Assembly (NCBI GenBank): GCA_965249955.1
Contig: OZ252261.1
Location: forward strand, 1,823,971 to 1,887,970
Direction: 5' to 3'
DNA: 64,000 bases
Source: Bacteroidia bacterium
GTDB lineage: Bacteria > Bacteroidota > Bacteroidia > UBA8524
Shown: piece by piece, positions 28,066 to 36,541 of the stretch
How the letters are laid out: the number at the start of each line of letters is the position of its first letter
Position numbering within the stretch: the stretch's first letter is position 1
The notes under the pieces: generated by a model
Told to the model about the DNA's origin: nothing
Seen by the model: the letters and a program-made list of their open reading frames with translations, nothing else
Database searches by the model: none
Program-made: the position numbers and the translations under genes

Positions 28066-28809
28066 ATGGTACAAGTGCGCACCCAGCAGCTAACTGTAGA
28101 CATACATATACCCTGTCTTACCGACCAAATAAAGCCTGAAACAGGTTTTAATATGGTAAAGGTATTGGAGTTTTTGGGCTGCAAAGTTAACTATGACTCT
28201 GAACAAACCTGTTGCGGACTGCCCGCTTATACCGATGGTTATTTTGACGATGCCAAACTGATTGGCGAAAAATTTATCCGCGAATTTCAATACGATAGGC
28301 CTGCTGTTTCCATTTCGGGGGCGTGCACGGGCATGGTGCGCCAGTGGTACACTACTTTGTTTAACAACAGTATGCTGCACAACCCCTGCAAACGTTTGCA
28401 AAAAAACCTGCACGAGATATGCGAGTTTATTGTTGACGAGCTGAAAAAGGAAGACTTAGGGCTTACGCTTAATGCCAAAGTGTGCTATCACGATAGTTGT
28501 CAATCGCTAAAATGTGGTATAAAAACAGCACCGCGCACCCTCTTGAAAAACATTAAAGGCTTAGAATTGATAGAAATGAAAAGCCCCGAAGAGTGTTGTG
28601 GTTTTGGCGGTTTTTTCTCTACCAATTACGAATCAGTATCAGTAGCCCTAGCCGAACAAAAAGTAAACGATGCTTTGCAAACAGGTGCTGACTACATAGT
28701 ATCGAACGACCCAGGTTGTTTAATGCACATTGAGGCTTATATAAATAAGAAAAATCTTCCCCTAAAACCTGTGCATATTGTAGATTTGCTAGCCGAAGCA
28801 ATTGGGTAA
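28066..28809 (+). CDS. Cysteine-rich (CCG) domain Fe-S oxidoreductase, LutA / GlpC / heterodisulfide-reductase-D-like.
   Basis: Two CCG-type clusters: IPCLTDQ...CCGLP and CYHDSC...ECCGFGG...DPGCLMH. 247 aa, LutA-sized. Confidence 0.7.
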   Translation: MVQVRTQQLTVDIHIPCLTDQIKPETGFNMVKVLEFLGCKVNYDSEQTCCGLPAYTDGYFDDAKLIGEKFIREFQYDRPAVSISGACTGMVRQWYTTLFNNSMLHNPCKRLQKNLHEICEFIVDELKKEDLGLTLNAKVCYHDSCQSLKCGIKTAPRTLLKNIKGLELIEMKSPEECCGFGGFFSTNYESVSVALAEQKVNDALQTGADYIVSNDPGCLMHIEAYINKKNLPLKPVHIVDLLAEAIG

Positions 28810-28887
28810 TTTTTGGCTGTTGACTATTGGTTGTTTAGCCTTTAGCAATTAGCTTAGAGCCAAAAGCTAAGAGCTAACAGCAAATAA

Positions 28888-29955
28888 ATGAATACCTACA
28901 CAAAACAACAATTAGAAAATTTTTGTCATTCGGTTTTTATCAAAATGGGATGTAGCGAAGCCGATGCTACACTTGCCACAAATGTTTTGGTAAAGGCGGA
29001 TATACGCGGAATAGATTCGCACGGTGTAGCTCGCCTTTCTGGCTATGTTCGCCTTTGGGAAGCAGGACGAATTAATCCCAAACCCAATATAAGAATTGTA
29101 CACCAAACCCCATCCACCGCAACGGTAGATGGCGATGAAGGTTTAGGCTTGGTGGTTGCCCCAAAAGCTATGGAAATAGCTATGGAGAAAGCCCACAACG
29201 TAGGCAGCGGATGGGTAGCCATAAAAAACTCAAACCACTTTGGTATTGCAGCCTACCATGCTCTTATGGCTACTGAACAAAATATGGTGGGCATTAGCAT
29301 GACCAATGCCAGTCCGTTAGTAGCACCAACCAACAGCACCGAGCGTTTACTCGGCACCAACCCCATGTGTTTTGCTATGCCTGCGGGAAAATACACTCCT
29401 GTGGTGAGTGATTTAGCCACATCAGCAGCGGCAAACGGAAAACTGGAAATAGCCCAACGACTAAGCAAAAGCATCCCCGAAGGCTGGGTGCAAACCAAAG
29501 ACGGACACCCTAGTACAGACCCTGCCGAACTGAAAAAGGGCGGCGCGTTGCTACCCCTTGGCAGTATGGAAGAGGCGGGACACAAAGGTTATGCGCTGGC
29601 GGCTGTGGTAGATATTTTTTCGGCGGTATTGTCAGGTGCAAACTATGGCCCTTGGGTGCCTCCATTTGTTAGTTTTTTACCCCTAGCACCCGATATGCCG
29701 GGGCAAGGTATAGGCCACTTTGTAGGTGCCATGCGGGTAGATGGCTTTCGCCCGATGGACGAATACAATAAGAATATTGAAAATTGGATAGAACGCTTTA
29801 AATCATCACCTGCCATTGATGATAAAAAAGTTTTAATACCCGGCGAACCTGAAATTTTTGAGCAAGAGAACCGCCTGCAAAACGGCATACCCCTTACCGA
29901 TGCAGTAGCTAAAGACTTGGAAGAACTGGGTGTTAAATTGGGTGTTAAGTTTTAA
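28888..29955 (+). CDS. Ldh_2 family (malate / L-lactate / L-sulfolactate dehydrogenase-type) NAD(P)H oxidoreductase.
   Basis: Family-typical segments (DIRGIDSHGVARL, HFGIAAYHA, GGALLPLG....HKGYALA). 355 aa. Confidence 0.7.
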   Translation: MNTYTKQQLENFCHSVFIKMGCSEADATLATNVLVKADIRGIDSHGVARLSGYVRLWEAGRINPKPNIRIVHQTPSTATVDGDEGLGLVVAPKAMEIAMEKAHNVGSGWVAIKNSNHFGIAAYHALMATEQNMVGISMTNASPLVAPTNSTERLLGTNPMCFAMPAGKYTPVVSDLATSAAANGKLEIAQRLSKSIPEGWVQTKDGHPSTDPAELKKGGALLPLGSMEEAGHKGYALAAVVDIFSAVLSGANYGPWVPPFVSFLPLAPDMPGQGIGHFVGAMRVDGFRPMDEYNKNIENWIERFKSSPAIDDKKVLIPGEPEIFEQENRLQNGIPLTDAVAKDLEELGVKLGVKF

Positions 29956-29959
29956 TCGC

Positions 29960-30160
29960 CATCTCTTCCTGCCCTTTGACTTCGCTCAGGATGACTACTG
30001 CCAAGCTTGTTCGAGCAATCTCACCATGACTGCGCGCTAGTCACCCTGAATTTATTTCAGGGTCTCGTTGCCCAATAACCGTTAACACAGAGCGAGATGC
30101 CGACCTCCGTCGGCATGACGAACGTCGTTACTATCTTCCCCAGTAGGGTGAAATACTGAA
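29960..30160. repeat. Intergenic cluster of hairpins containing a copy of the GACTTCGCTCAGGATGAC repeat core (29978-29995).
   Basis: The 18-mer at 29978-29995 is the exact reverse complement of 33222-33239. Additional palindromes: GTCACCCTGAA/TTCAGGGTCTC (30040-30068) and ATGCCGAC-ctcc-GTCGGCAT (30096-30119). Confidence 0.6.
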
Positions 30161-30380
30161 TATATTTGGATAACACAGCAGGTTAAAACCTACCGCTATT
30201 AATACCCCATCGGAAGTGCCGTTAGGTATGAATAGCATTGGTTTTCAAACCGATGATACCCTTTAGTATTTTTAGTGTTACGGCATAAAAGGCATATACC
30301 ACAGGGGTTATAGCGTTTTTTTCTTGTTACGATTTACCAAAGGATTAAGAACAAGTGATAATCTGGAACACGACCCTTCA

Positions 30381-30770
30381 CTAAAGCTCTCCGTTATTTT
30401 GAAGCACCTTTAAAAACATAGTTAAAATTAACAAAACAAATGCAATTAATGGGAAAAGAATTGCGCCTAGATTGCTTTTCTTTTTTGAATCATTCCTTTT
30501 TAAAATTTTTTTATATCGACTTTTATAAAAAAGGAGAAAGTATGATTGAATAAAAAAATAAAGAAGTAAAAATAGCGATAAATATTTGAAATATTCCATA
30601 TTTAATACTCCTTTTGGAATAAGTAAAATGGTCAAAAAGAACAAAACAAAATAGTATGTTATGAAGATCAATAGGATAATCATCATTGCGCTAAATGAGG
30701 CAATATCAGCATTTCCTACCCGTTCTTGAAAGTAATAATACTTGCTATATAAATAATCTAAAAAATTCAC
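30381..30770 (-). CDS. Hypothetical small membrane protein in an AT-rich islet (129 aa, ~3 TM).
   Basis: ORF with hydrophobic segments. Local GC is markedly lower than flanking genes. No family recognised. Confidence 0.3.
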   Translation of the reverse strand: MNFLDYLYSKYYYFQERVGNADIASFSAMMIILLIFITYYFVLFFLTILLIPKGVLNMEYFKYLSLFLLLYFFIQSYFLLFYKSRYKKILKRNDSKKKSNLGAILFPLIAFVLLILTMFLKVLQNNGEL

Positions 30771-30785
30771 TCTACTTAATGTTTA

Positions 30786-30810
30786 TCACTAATTATCTTA
30801 ATTAGTGATT
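30786..30810. promoter_or_regulatory. Perfect 10-bp-arm palindrome ATCACTAATTA-tc-TAATTAGTGAT between the PPTase stop and the start of the small membrane ORF. Candidate operator.
   Basis: Read directly from the sequence. It sits 16 nt upstream of the 30770 start codon on the minus strand. Confidence 0.35.
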
Positions 30811-30812
30811 TA

Positions 30813-31442
30813 TCAATACACCCAACACAAGCGGTATTGTTCGTCTACAATTTCAGTATGTATGGTTAGGTTATATTCTTTCTCTTTTAGCAATACCGCC
30901 TCAAACTCGGTGGCGTTTTCAGCAATAGGAAAAAGTATTTGCATATTTTTTCTAAAATCCACCTGCCCATCGCCAAACCATTTAAAAATAGCTTCTTTGG
31001 CACTCCATATCAAATACATGGTGTGCAGGTCGTTTTCGCCTGCTAAGTGTTGCCACTCGTACTCGTTTATAAACTTGCGCGCTATTTTTTTTATCCGTTC
31101 GTTTATCGCTTCAATATCAACCCCCACACTGCCCGTTTTGCTCACCAATACCGCCGCAAAATCGGCAGAATGGCTCATGCTAAAATTATAGCCCAGTCCA
31201 TCAATAAAAGGTCGACCGTTGGGTTGTTTCAGCACTTTTAGGCGTTTTTCTTCCGTTTTGTTTTTCAAAACCTCTTGCAGCAACACCCTACTAGATAGCC
31301 ATTGCTGGTTGCGACTGGGAAACTTAAATTCTTCAAACGGAAACATCCAAAGCATCTCTTTCAGTTCCTCTACGCTTTCAGTAATTTTCCACACCGCCAA
31401 TTCTGTATCGGCATTAGGGTATTTTTGCAAGATTATTGGCAC
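30813..31442 (-). CDS. 4'-phosphopantetheinyl transferase (Sfp/EntD-type).
   Basis: 209 aa. LAVWKITESVEEL N-terminal pattern, GRPF, and (F/V)SMSHSADFAAVLVS...GVDIE match PPTase motifs 2/3 (GxD, SxSH). WxxKEAxxK appears as IWSAKEAIFK. Confidence 0.75.
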   Translation of the reverse strand: MPIILQKYPNADTELAVWKITESVEELKEMLWMFPFEEFKFPSRNQQWLSSRVLLQEVLKNKTEEKRLKVLKQPNGRPFIDGLGYNFSMSHSADFAAVLVSKTGSVGVDIEAINERIKKIARKFINEYEWQHLAGENDLHTMYLIWSAKEAIFKWFGDGQVDFRKNMQILFPIAENATEFEAVLLKEKEYNLTIHTEIVDEQYRLCWVY

Positions 31443-31490
31443 ACTTCAAAAATAGAATTGTTTTTTTTGAAAAACGCAGCCATTAACACC

Positions 31491-32399
31491 ATGCCCAAAC
31501 TACACGCCCATAAACTGTTTACTTATACCGGTCACAAAGCCGCCTTGTATGGCTTGGGCAAAGGCTTTGCGCCCAATACGTTTGTAACCGGCGGTGCCGA
31601 AGGTTGGGTGGTAGAGTGGGATTTTGAACATCCCGCCGATGGGCAATTGCTGGTAAAAGCCAATTCGCCTGTGTACTCGTTTTTAGTTTTGGGCGATGAA
31701 AAACGGTTGTTGTGCGGCACCAGTGCAGGCCACTTGCACGTGCTGGATATGCAACAACGCCAAGAAACCCGAAATATTGAAGCGCACCGCGCAGGTATTT
31801 TTGATTTGGCGGCACACGGAAATAAAATTTTAAGTGCAGGCGGCGAAGGCAGCCTAAAGGTGTGGGATAGGGAAACACTTACTCTGTTTGCCAATATACA
31901 GCACAGCAATAAAAAAGCGCGGGTAATAGCATTTCATCCCACATTGCCACAAATGGCTGTTGGGTATAGCGATGCGACTATTAGGGTGTTTGATAGTGAA
32001 AATTTTGAGCTAGTGCAGCAAATACAAGGGCACAACAACACGGTAATGGCTTTGGCCTATTCGCCCAACGGCGAGTTTTTACTCAGTGGGGGATTGGATG
32101 CTGTGCTTAAAATTTGGGAAGTACACAAAGGCTTTGCCCCTGTGCAAACCATTAATGCGCATTGGCTGCATATAAACGCCATACAATACAGCCCCGCGGG
32201 ACACTATTTTGCTACGGCAAGCATGGATAAAACCCTTAAAATATGGGATGCCGATACTTTTGAGCTGTTAAAGGTGCTGGATAAAGAAAAGTACGACGGG
32301 CACACATCATCAGTAAACAAAATTTTGTGGGTTGATGATAATAGGCTTATTTCGTGCAGTGATGACAAAACCGCCAAGCTATGGCAAATAGGCACATAG
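31491..32399 (+). CDS. WD40-repeat protein (~7 blades, 302 aa).
   Basis: Repeated GH...WD/WE units (GHKAALYGL...VVEWD; AHRAGIFDL...LKVWD; GHNNTVMAL...LKIWE; INAIQYSP...LKIWD; GHTSSVNKIL...AKLWQ). The start was chosen at MPKLHAHKLF, because the longer ORF-track start would overlap the PPTase gene. Confidence 0.7.
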   Translation: MPKLHAHKLFTYTGHKAALYGLGKGFAPNTFVTGGAEGWVVEWDFEHPADGQLLVKANSPVYSFLVLGDEKRLLCGTSAGHLHVLDMQQRQETRNIEAHRAGIFDLAAHGNKILSAGGEGSLKVWDRETLTLFANIQHSNKKARVIAFHPTLPQMAVGYSDATIRVFDSENFELVQQIQGHNNTVMALAYSPNGEFLLSGGLDAVLKIWEVHKGFAPVQTINAHWLHINAIQYSPAGHYFATASMDKTLKIWDADTFELLKVLDKEKYDGHTSSVNKILWVDDNRLISCSDDKTAKLWQIGT

Positions 32400-32448
32400 C
32401 TGCCGTGTTATCCAAGCCCAAACCATTTTAGAATAGAACACAAGAACA

Positions 32449-32985
32449 ATGATATTATCAGATAAAAAAATACTGGAGGAGATTGAAAAAGGTACTATTT
32501 TAATAGAACCATTTCGCAAAGATTGTTTGGGCAGCAATTCTTACGATGTGCATTTAGGCAAACATTTGGCCACCTACAAAAACCGTGTTTTAGATGCCAA
32601 AGAGCATAATAAAATAGATATTTTCGAAATCCCTATGGAGGGTTTTGTGTTGCAACCCGGCACTTTATATTTGGGTGTAACTGAGGAGTATACCGAAACC
32701 CACAAGCATATCCCTTTTTTAGAAGGCAAAAGCAGTACAGGCCGTTTGGGTATAGATATACACGCCACGGCGGGCAAGGGTGATGTTGGTTTTTGTAATA
32801 CGTGGACGCTGGAAATATCGGCATCGCAACCTGTGCGCATTTATCGTGGTATGCCTATTGGCCAATTGATATATTTTGATGTAAACGGTGAAATTGAAAC
32901 CAGCTACGACAATAAAAAATCGGCCAAGTATAACAAACGCACCATGAAACCTGTAGAAAGCATGATGTGGAAGAATAAGTTTTAG
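32449..32985 (+). CDS. dcd: dCTP deaminase.
   Basis: MILSDKKILEEIEKGTILIEPF N-terminus, SYDVHLG, and EGKSSTGRLG are characteristic Dcd/dUTPase-fold motifs. 178 aa. Confidence 0.85.
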   Translation: MILSDKKILEEIEKGTILIEPFRKDCLGSNSYDVHLGKHLATYKNRVLDAKEHNKIDIFEIPMEGFVLQPGTLYLGVTEEYTETHKHIPFLEGKSSTGRLGIDIHATAGKGDVGFCNTWTLEISASQPVRIYRGMPIGQLIYFDVNGEIETSYDNKKSAKYNKRTMKPVESMMWKNKF

Positions 32986-33105
32986 GGTTTCTTTCGTCAT
33001 TGCGGAGAAACCTCTTAGGTTAACACAACGTGAGTTCGCGTTAAAAATCATAAAATCAATACACTAACTTACACCACCCTCAGTCCCTCCTTACCTACAC
33101 ACAAT

Positions 33106-33129
33106 CCTTCGACTACGCTCAGGATGACA
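33106..33129. repeat. Left arm of a 23-bp near-perfect inverted repeat (CCTTCGACTACGCTCAGGATGAC). The partner lies at 33220-33243, 90 bp away.
   Basis: The reverse complement of the 33220-33243 arm differs at one base. The same core occurs at 29978-29995. Confidence 0.7.
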
Positions 33130-33219
33130 ACGCAAGGAGGGAAGCCTCGCCTCTACCCATTGGTTTTTATAATATTTTGCCAAAAATATAACCCTGCATT
33201 GTCCCCTTGTGCGGCAGCA

Positions 33220-33243
33220 GTCATCCTGAGCGAAGTCGAAGGA
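33220..33243. repeat. Right arm of the inverted repeat (GTCATCCTGAGCGAAGTCGAAGG).
   Basis: See 33106-33129. Confidence 0.7.
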
Positions 33244-33317
33244 TAAGTGCGCAAGCAAAGGGGGAAGTATCGCATGGCCTGTCTACTTCCATCAAAATCC
33301 ATTACTTTTGAGATTAA

Positions 33318-34838
33318 GTGCAAACACTACCCTTTATACAAAAACACAGGGGCGGCATAGTTTTACTATTGCTACTACTACCCCTTTGCTTTGTAGCCGT
33401 GCGCCAAAACCACGATTGGGGCGACGATTTTGCACAATACATTAATCAAGCAAAATGTATTGTAGAGGGTAAAACCGCCGCACAAACAGGCTACATATAC
33501 AATAGCAACTACCCCATGTTGGGGCCTGCCGCCTACCCCGCAGGATTTCCCCTATTGCTTAGTCCTGTGTATGCCCTTTTTGGCACTAGCATAGTGGCCT
33601 TTAATGTGTATATGTCGCTGTGGTTGGTGTTGGCAGGATTTATATGGTATATGGTTTTGCGCCGCTTTCATAACGAGCTAACGGCGGTGCTCATTAGCCT
33701 GCTTTGGTGTTGGCACCCTTGGATGCTCGATTTCAAAAGCGAAATAATGGCCGATATTCCGTTTACTGCTCTAACGGGTTTGCTGATATTAATGCACCAA
33801 CGCGGTTTTTTGCAGTACGACGAAGAGAACAGAAAAAAATCGTTGTTGCGAGCAGTCGCAATGGGCTTGGTAACTGGCTTATTGCTCGCGGTTAAAATGC
33901 AGGGCTTGGCAGTTATTGCCGCCATATTTGCCGTAAGGGTTATTAATAATATTATCGACCTTCAACCTCCGTTTGAGCCTAAAAACAAACTGTATACAAA
34001 CCCTGCAACGGTTCTTATTGTTGGTTTTCTTACCTGCTTTGTCATTATCAATTACTTTGTCGCAGGTATAACCTTTGACGATTTGTTTACCTATGGAGGC
34101 AACTTTGCAGGCGAATCGCTTTGGGTATCGGTACGAGAAAACCTTACTTATTATACTGCTTTAATTCAAGATTATTTTCAGCGAAGCAAACCTACTTGGC
34201 AGGTGTTTCCTCTACTTACACAAGCATTGGTTTTGGCCTTTTACGTTATAGGTTTGGTGCAACAACTGGCAAAAAATCGCCCCACTATACTGTGGGTATT
34301 TTTGGCCTATATGGCTTTGCTGTTGGCATACCCTTATCGCGGTTCAGGCTTCCGATTTTTACTTCCCGTAGCACCTATATTGCTTCATTTTGCCGTAGTG
34401 GGTTTCAAAAGCATTCAGTGGAATTTCACTCTAAATAAAAAAATATGGGCGGTGGCTGGTTTTGTGTTGGTGATGTTGCAATTTTTGCCCGAGCAATATC
34501 AATCGATAAAAAATTCAAAAAACAATTTTGCAGGCCCTCAAGAACCTGAAAGTATAGAGGCTTTTACCTATATTCAAAACAATACGCCCGCCAATGCAGT
34601 GTTTATGTTTAAAAAGCCGCGTGCGCTTGCCCTGTATGCCCAGCGCAGTGCTTTTGCCGTTAACCCTGCCGATAGTGCCTTTGTAAAAGATATTGAACGT
34701 TTTTCTCCTAATTACATATTGATACATAACGAGTTATCGCCTGAAAGCGAGAAACAGTATGTAGCCAACAATGCCCAATTGTGGCAACCCCAATGGCATA
34801 ATAATAAGTTTACATTGTATACCAAAAACACACGGTAG
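33318..34838 (+). CDS. Polytopic membrane protein (506 aa, GTG start), possibly a GT-C-fold glycosyltransferase-like protein.
   Basis: Around 10 predicted TM helices. An acidic/aromatic first-loop motif WGDDFAQYI follows TM1, reminiscent of the GT-C DD/DE..Y motif. C-terminal soluble domain. No firm family assignment. Confidence 0.4.
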   Translation: MQTLPFIQKHRGGIVLLLLLLPLCFVAVRQNHDWGDDFAQYINQAKCIVEGKTAAQTGYIYNSNYPMLGPAAYPAGFPLLLSPVYALFGTSIVAFNVYMSLWLVLAGFIWYMVLRRFHNELTAVLISLLWCWHPWMLDFKSEIMADIPFTALTGLLILMHQRGFLQYDEENRKKSLLRAVAMGLVTGLLLAVKMQGLAVIAAIFAVRVINNIIDLQPPFEPKNKLYTNPATVLIVGFLTCFVIINYFVAGITFDDLFTYGGNFAGESLWVSVRENLTYYTALIQDYFQRSKPTWQVFPLLTQALVLAFYVIGLVQQLAKNRPTILWVFLAYMALLLAYPYRGSGFRFLLPVAPILLHFAVVGFKSIQWNFTLNKKIWAVAGFVLVMLQFLPEQYQSIKNSKNNFAGPQEPESIEAFTYIQNNTPANAVFMFKKPRALALYAQRSAFAVNPADSAFVKDIERFSPNYILIHNELSPESEKQYVANNAQLWQPQWHNNKFTLYTKNTR

Positions 34839-34881
34839 TGTTGGCTTTTTACTTAACTTTGCACCCGTTTTACGATAGCTG

Positions 34882-35919
34882 ATGTTTAAAACGAATTGGT
34901 GGAAATATTTGGGGGTGCTGCTGGTATTATATTCGATAATAGCAGGCTTGTACATACCCTTAGGGCCGGGCATAATGGAGGTTACCCCTTCAGAATTAAG
35001 GCAAGGTGAAAGCAACACGATACTTATCACCGGAAAAAACACGCATTTTAAAGAGCAAGAAAAAAGCCTTAAGGTTTGGGTAAAACACGGCAAAGAAACT
35101 ATTTGTCCTCAAAACCTGGTGGTTAGTGATAATTATAACTTGGCTGCTGTTTTTGATGCTCCAACACTTGACCCAAAAACACCTTTACATCTTGTAGTAA
35201 ATAACGATGTTGACGGTAATGTGGTATTTGATAATGCCTTTTGGTTTAACGCTAAAGAAAATAGCGGACGCATTACCCAGTTTGGCGAATGCAATACTAA
35301 AGTAGAGCACAAAGAGGCTGCCTTAACCAGTTTTCCGTTCTTAAAAATACTGTTTCAAACTATACGCAACTTGTTTTACCATGTGCCTATGTGGTTTAGC
35401 ATGATAGCTATACTTATTGGCGCAATGGTGTACAGTATAAAATACCTAAAAAGCGGCAAACGCGAACACGATATTGCTGCCTCACAGCTTACCGGTGTGG
35501 CTATGCTTTTGGGCACTATGGGCATACTTACAGGTATGCTTTGGGCAAATTTTACGTGGGGGCAGGCTTGGCCAAACGACCCTAAACTTAACAGTGTGGC
35601 CATAGGTATGCTAATGTATTTGGCGTACTTTATACTTCGCGGAGCGATAGACGATGAGGAGAAAAAAGCCCGTATTTCTGCTGTATCCAATGTATTCTTT
35701 TTTCCCATATTTATTGTTTTGATTTTTGTGCTGCCACGCCTTACCGACTCGTTACATCCCGGAAACGGAGGTAACCCCGGCTTTAACAGTTACGATTTAG
35801 ACAATACAATGCGCATGGTATTTTATCCTGCCGTTTTGGGATGGATTTTGGTAGCTTACTGGATAGCCAATTTAAGAATAAGGGTTAAAAAATTAGAAGC
35901 ATTTGATGATGAAGATTAA
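34882..35919 (+). CDS. ccmC: Cytochrome c maturation haem exporter CcmC-like protein with a ~130-aa N-terminal extracytoplasmic extension.
   Basis: W-rich WWD-type motif WANFTWGQAWPNDPKL. Conserved His-containing TM loops. Gene context upstream of ccmE/ccmF. 345 aa, versus ~250 aa for typical CcmC. Confidence 0.65.
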   Translation: MFKTNWWKYLGVLLVLYSIIAGLYIPLGPGIMEVTPSELRQGESNTILITGKNTHFKEQEKSLKVWVKHGKETICPQNLVVSDNYNLAAVFDAPTLDPKTPLHLVVNNDVDGNVVFDNAFWFNAKENSGRITQFGECNTKVEHKEAALTSFPFLKILFQTIRNLFYHVPMWFSMIAILIGAMVYSIKYLKSGKREHDIAASQLTGVAMLLGTMGILTGMLWANFTWGQAWPNDPKLNSVAIGMLMYLAYFILRGAIDDEEKKARISAVSNVFFFPIFIVLIFVLPRLTDSLHPGNGGNPGFNSYDLDNTMRMVFYPAVLGWILVAYWIANLRIRVKKLEAFDDED

Positions 35920-36124
35920 ACAACTTATTGCCTTTACTTTTAGTCTGCTACTAAGCAGTGTAGCATTTGGGCAAGACAACACCGACAATGTAGCCGGCGA
36001 TGATAAAATAAATGTTGTAATAGGCGTATTAAGCGTAATTTTTACCTGTATAATTATCTACTTGGTGATAATTGACCGTAAAATTACCCGCCTTGAAAAA
36101 CAACGTAAACAAGAAAAAGGTTAA
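35903..36124 (+). CDS. Small single-TM protein, candidate CcmD-like component.
   Basis: 73 aa with one TM (VVIGVLSVIFTCIIIYLVII) and a basic tail. Position between ccmC and ccmE. Overlaps ccmC by 17 nt. Confidence 0.35.
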   Translation: MMMKIKQLIAFTFSLLLSSVAFGQDNTDNVAGDDKINVVIGVLSVIFTCIIIYLVIIDRKITRLEKQRKQEKG

Positions 36125-36136
36125 AACCATTAGGGC

Positions 36137-36532
36137 ATGAAAACATCATACATTATAGCAATAGTTTTGGTGGCTGCGTTGATAGCCATTATAGTATCTA
36201 TGTACGGCAACTCTACCGAGTATGCTACATTTAGCACTGCTGCCCAAAATCAAGGCAAAACCTACCATGTGGTAGGTCATCTCGACCGTACTAAACCACA
36301 GGTATATAACGAACTGAAAGACCCGAACTACTTTGAGTTTTACCTTAAAGACAGCTTGGATAATGTAAACAAGGTGGTATACCGTCAACCCCGCCCGCAA
36401 GATTTTGAACGTAGTGAAAATGTAGTGGTAAAGGGCAAAATGAATGGTGAAACCTTTGAGGCAAAAGAGATATTGCTAAAATGCCCTAGCAAATACAATG
36501 AAACTGAAGTAGATATTACCGCCGCGAACTAA
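36137..36532 (+). CDS. ccmE: Cytochrome c maturation haem chaperone CcmE, the CxxxY variant.
   Basis: 131 aa. N-terminal TM anchor, OB-fold length, and C-terminal LLKCPSKY where canonical CcmE has HxxxY. Located between ccmC and ccmF. Confidence 0.7.
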   Translation: MKTSYIIAIVLVAALIAIIVSMYGNSTEYATFSTAAQNQGKTYHVVGHLDRTKPQVYNELKDPNYFEFYLKDSLDNVNKVVYRQPRPQDFERSENVVVKGKMNGETFEAKEILLKCPSKYNETEVDITAAN

Positions 36533-36541
36533 TAAAAATTA

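Noticed and set aside
30786-30810. The ATCACTAATTA..TAATTAGTGAT palindrome considered as an intrinsic terminator for the PPTase gene.
   Set aside because: The stem is all A/T apart from two G-C pairs. There is no T-run on the minus strand downstream. An operator or protein-binding site is more plausible, and it is reported as such with low confidence.
31302-31490. Upstream in-frame extension of the WD40 ORF, where the ORF-track start is 31302.
   Set aside because: It would overlap the 5' part of the convergent-divergent PPTase gene by 140 nt. Its translation (MLVATGKLKFFKRKHPKHLF...) is not WD40-like. The ATG at 31491 gives a clean N-terminus.
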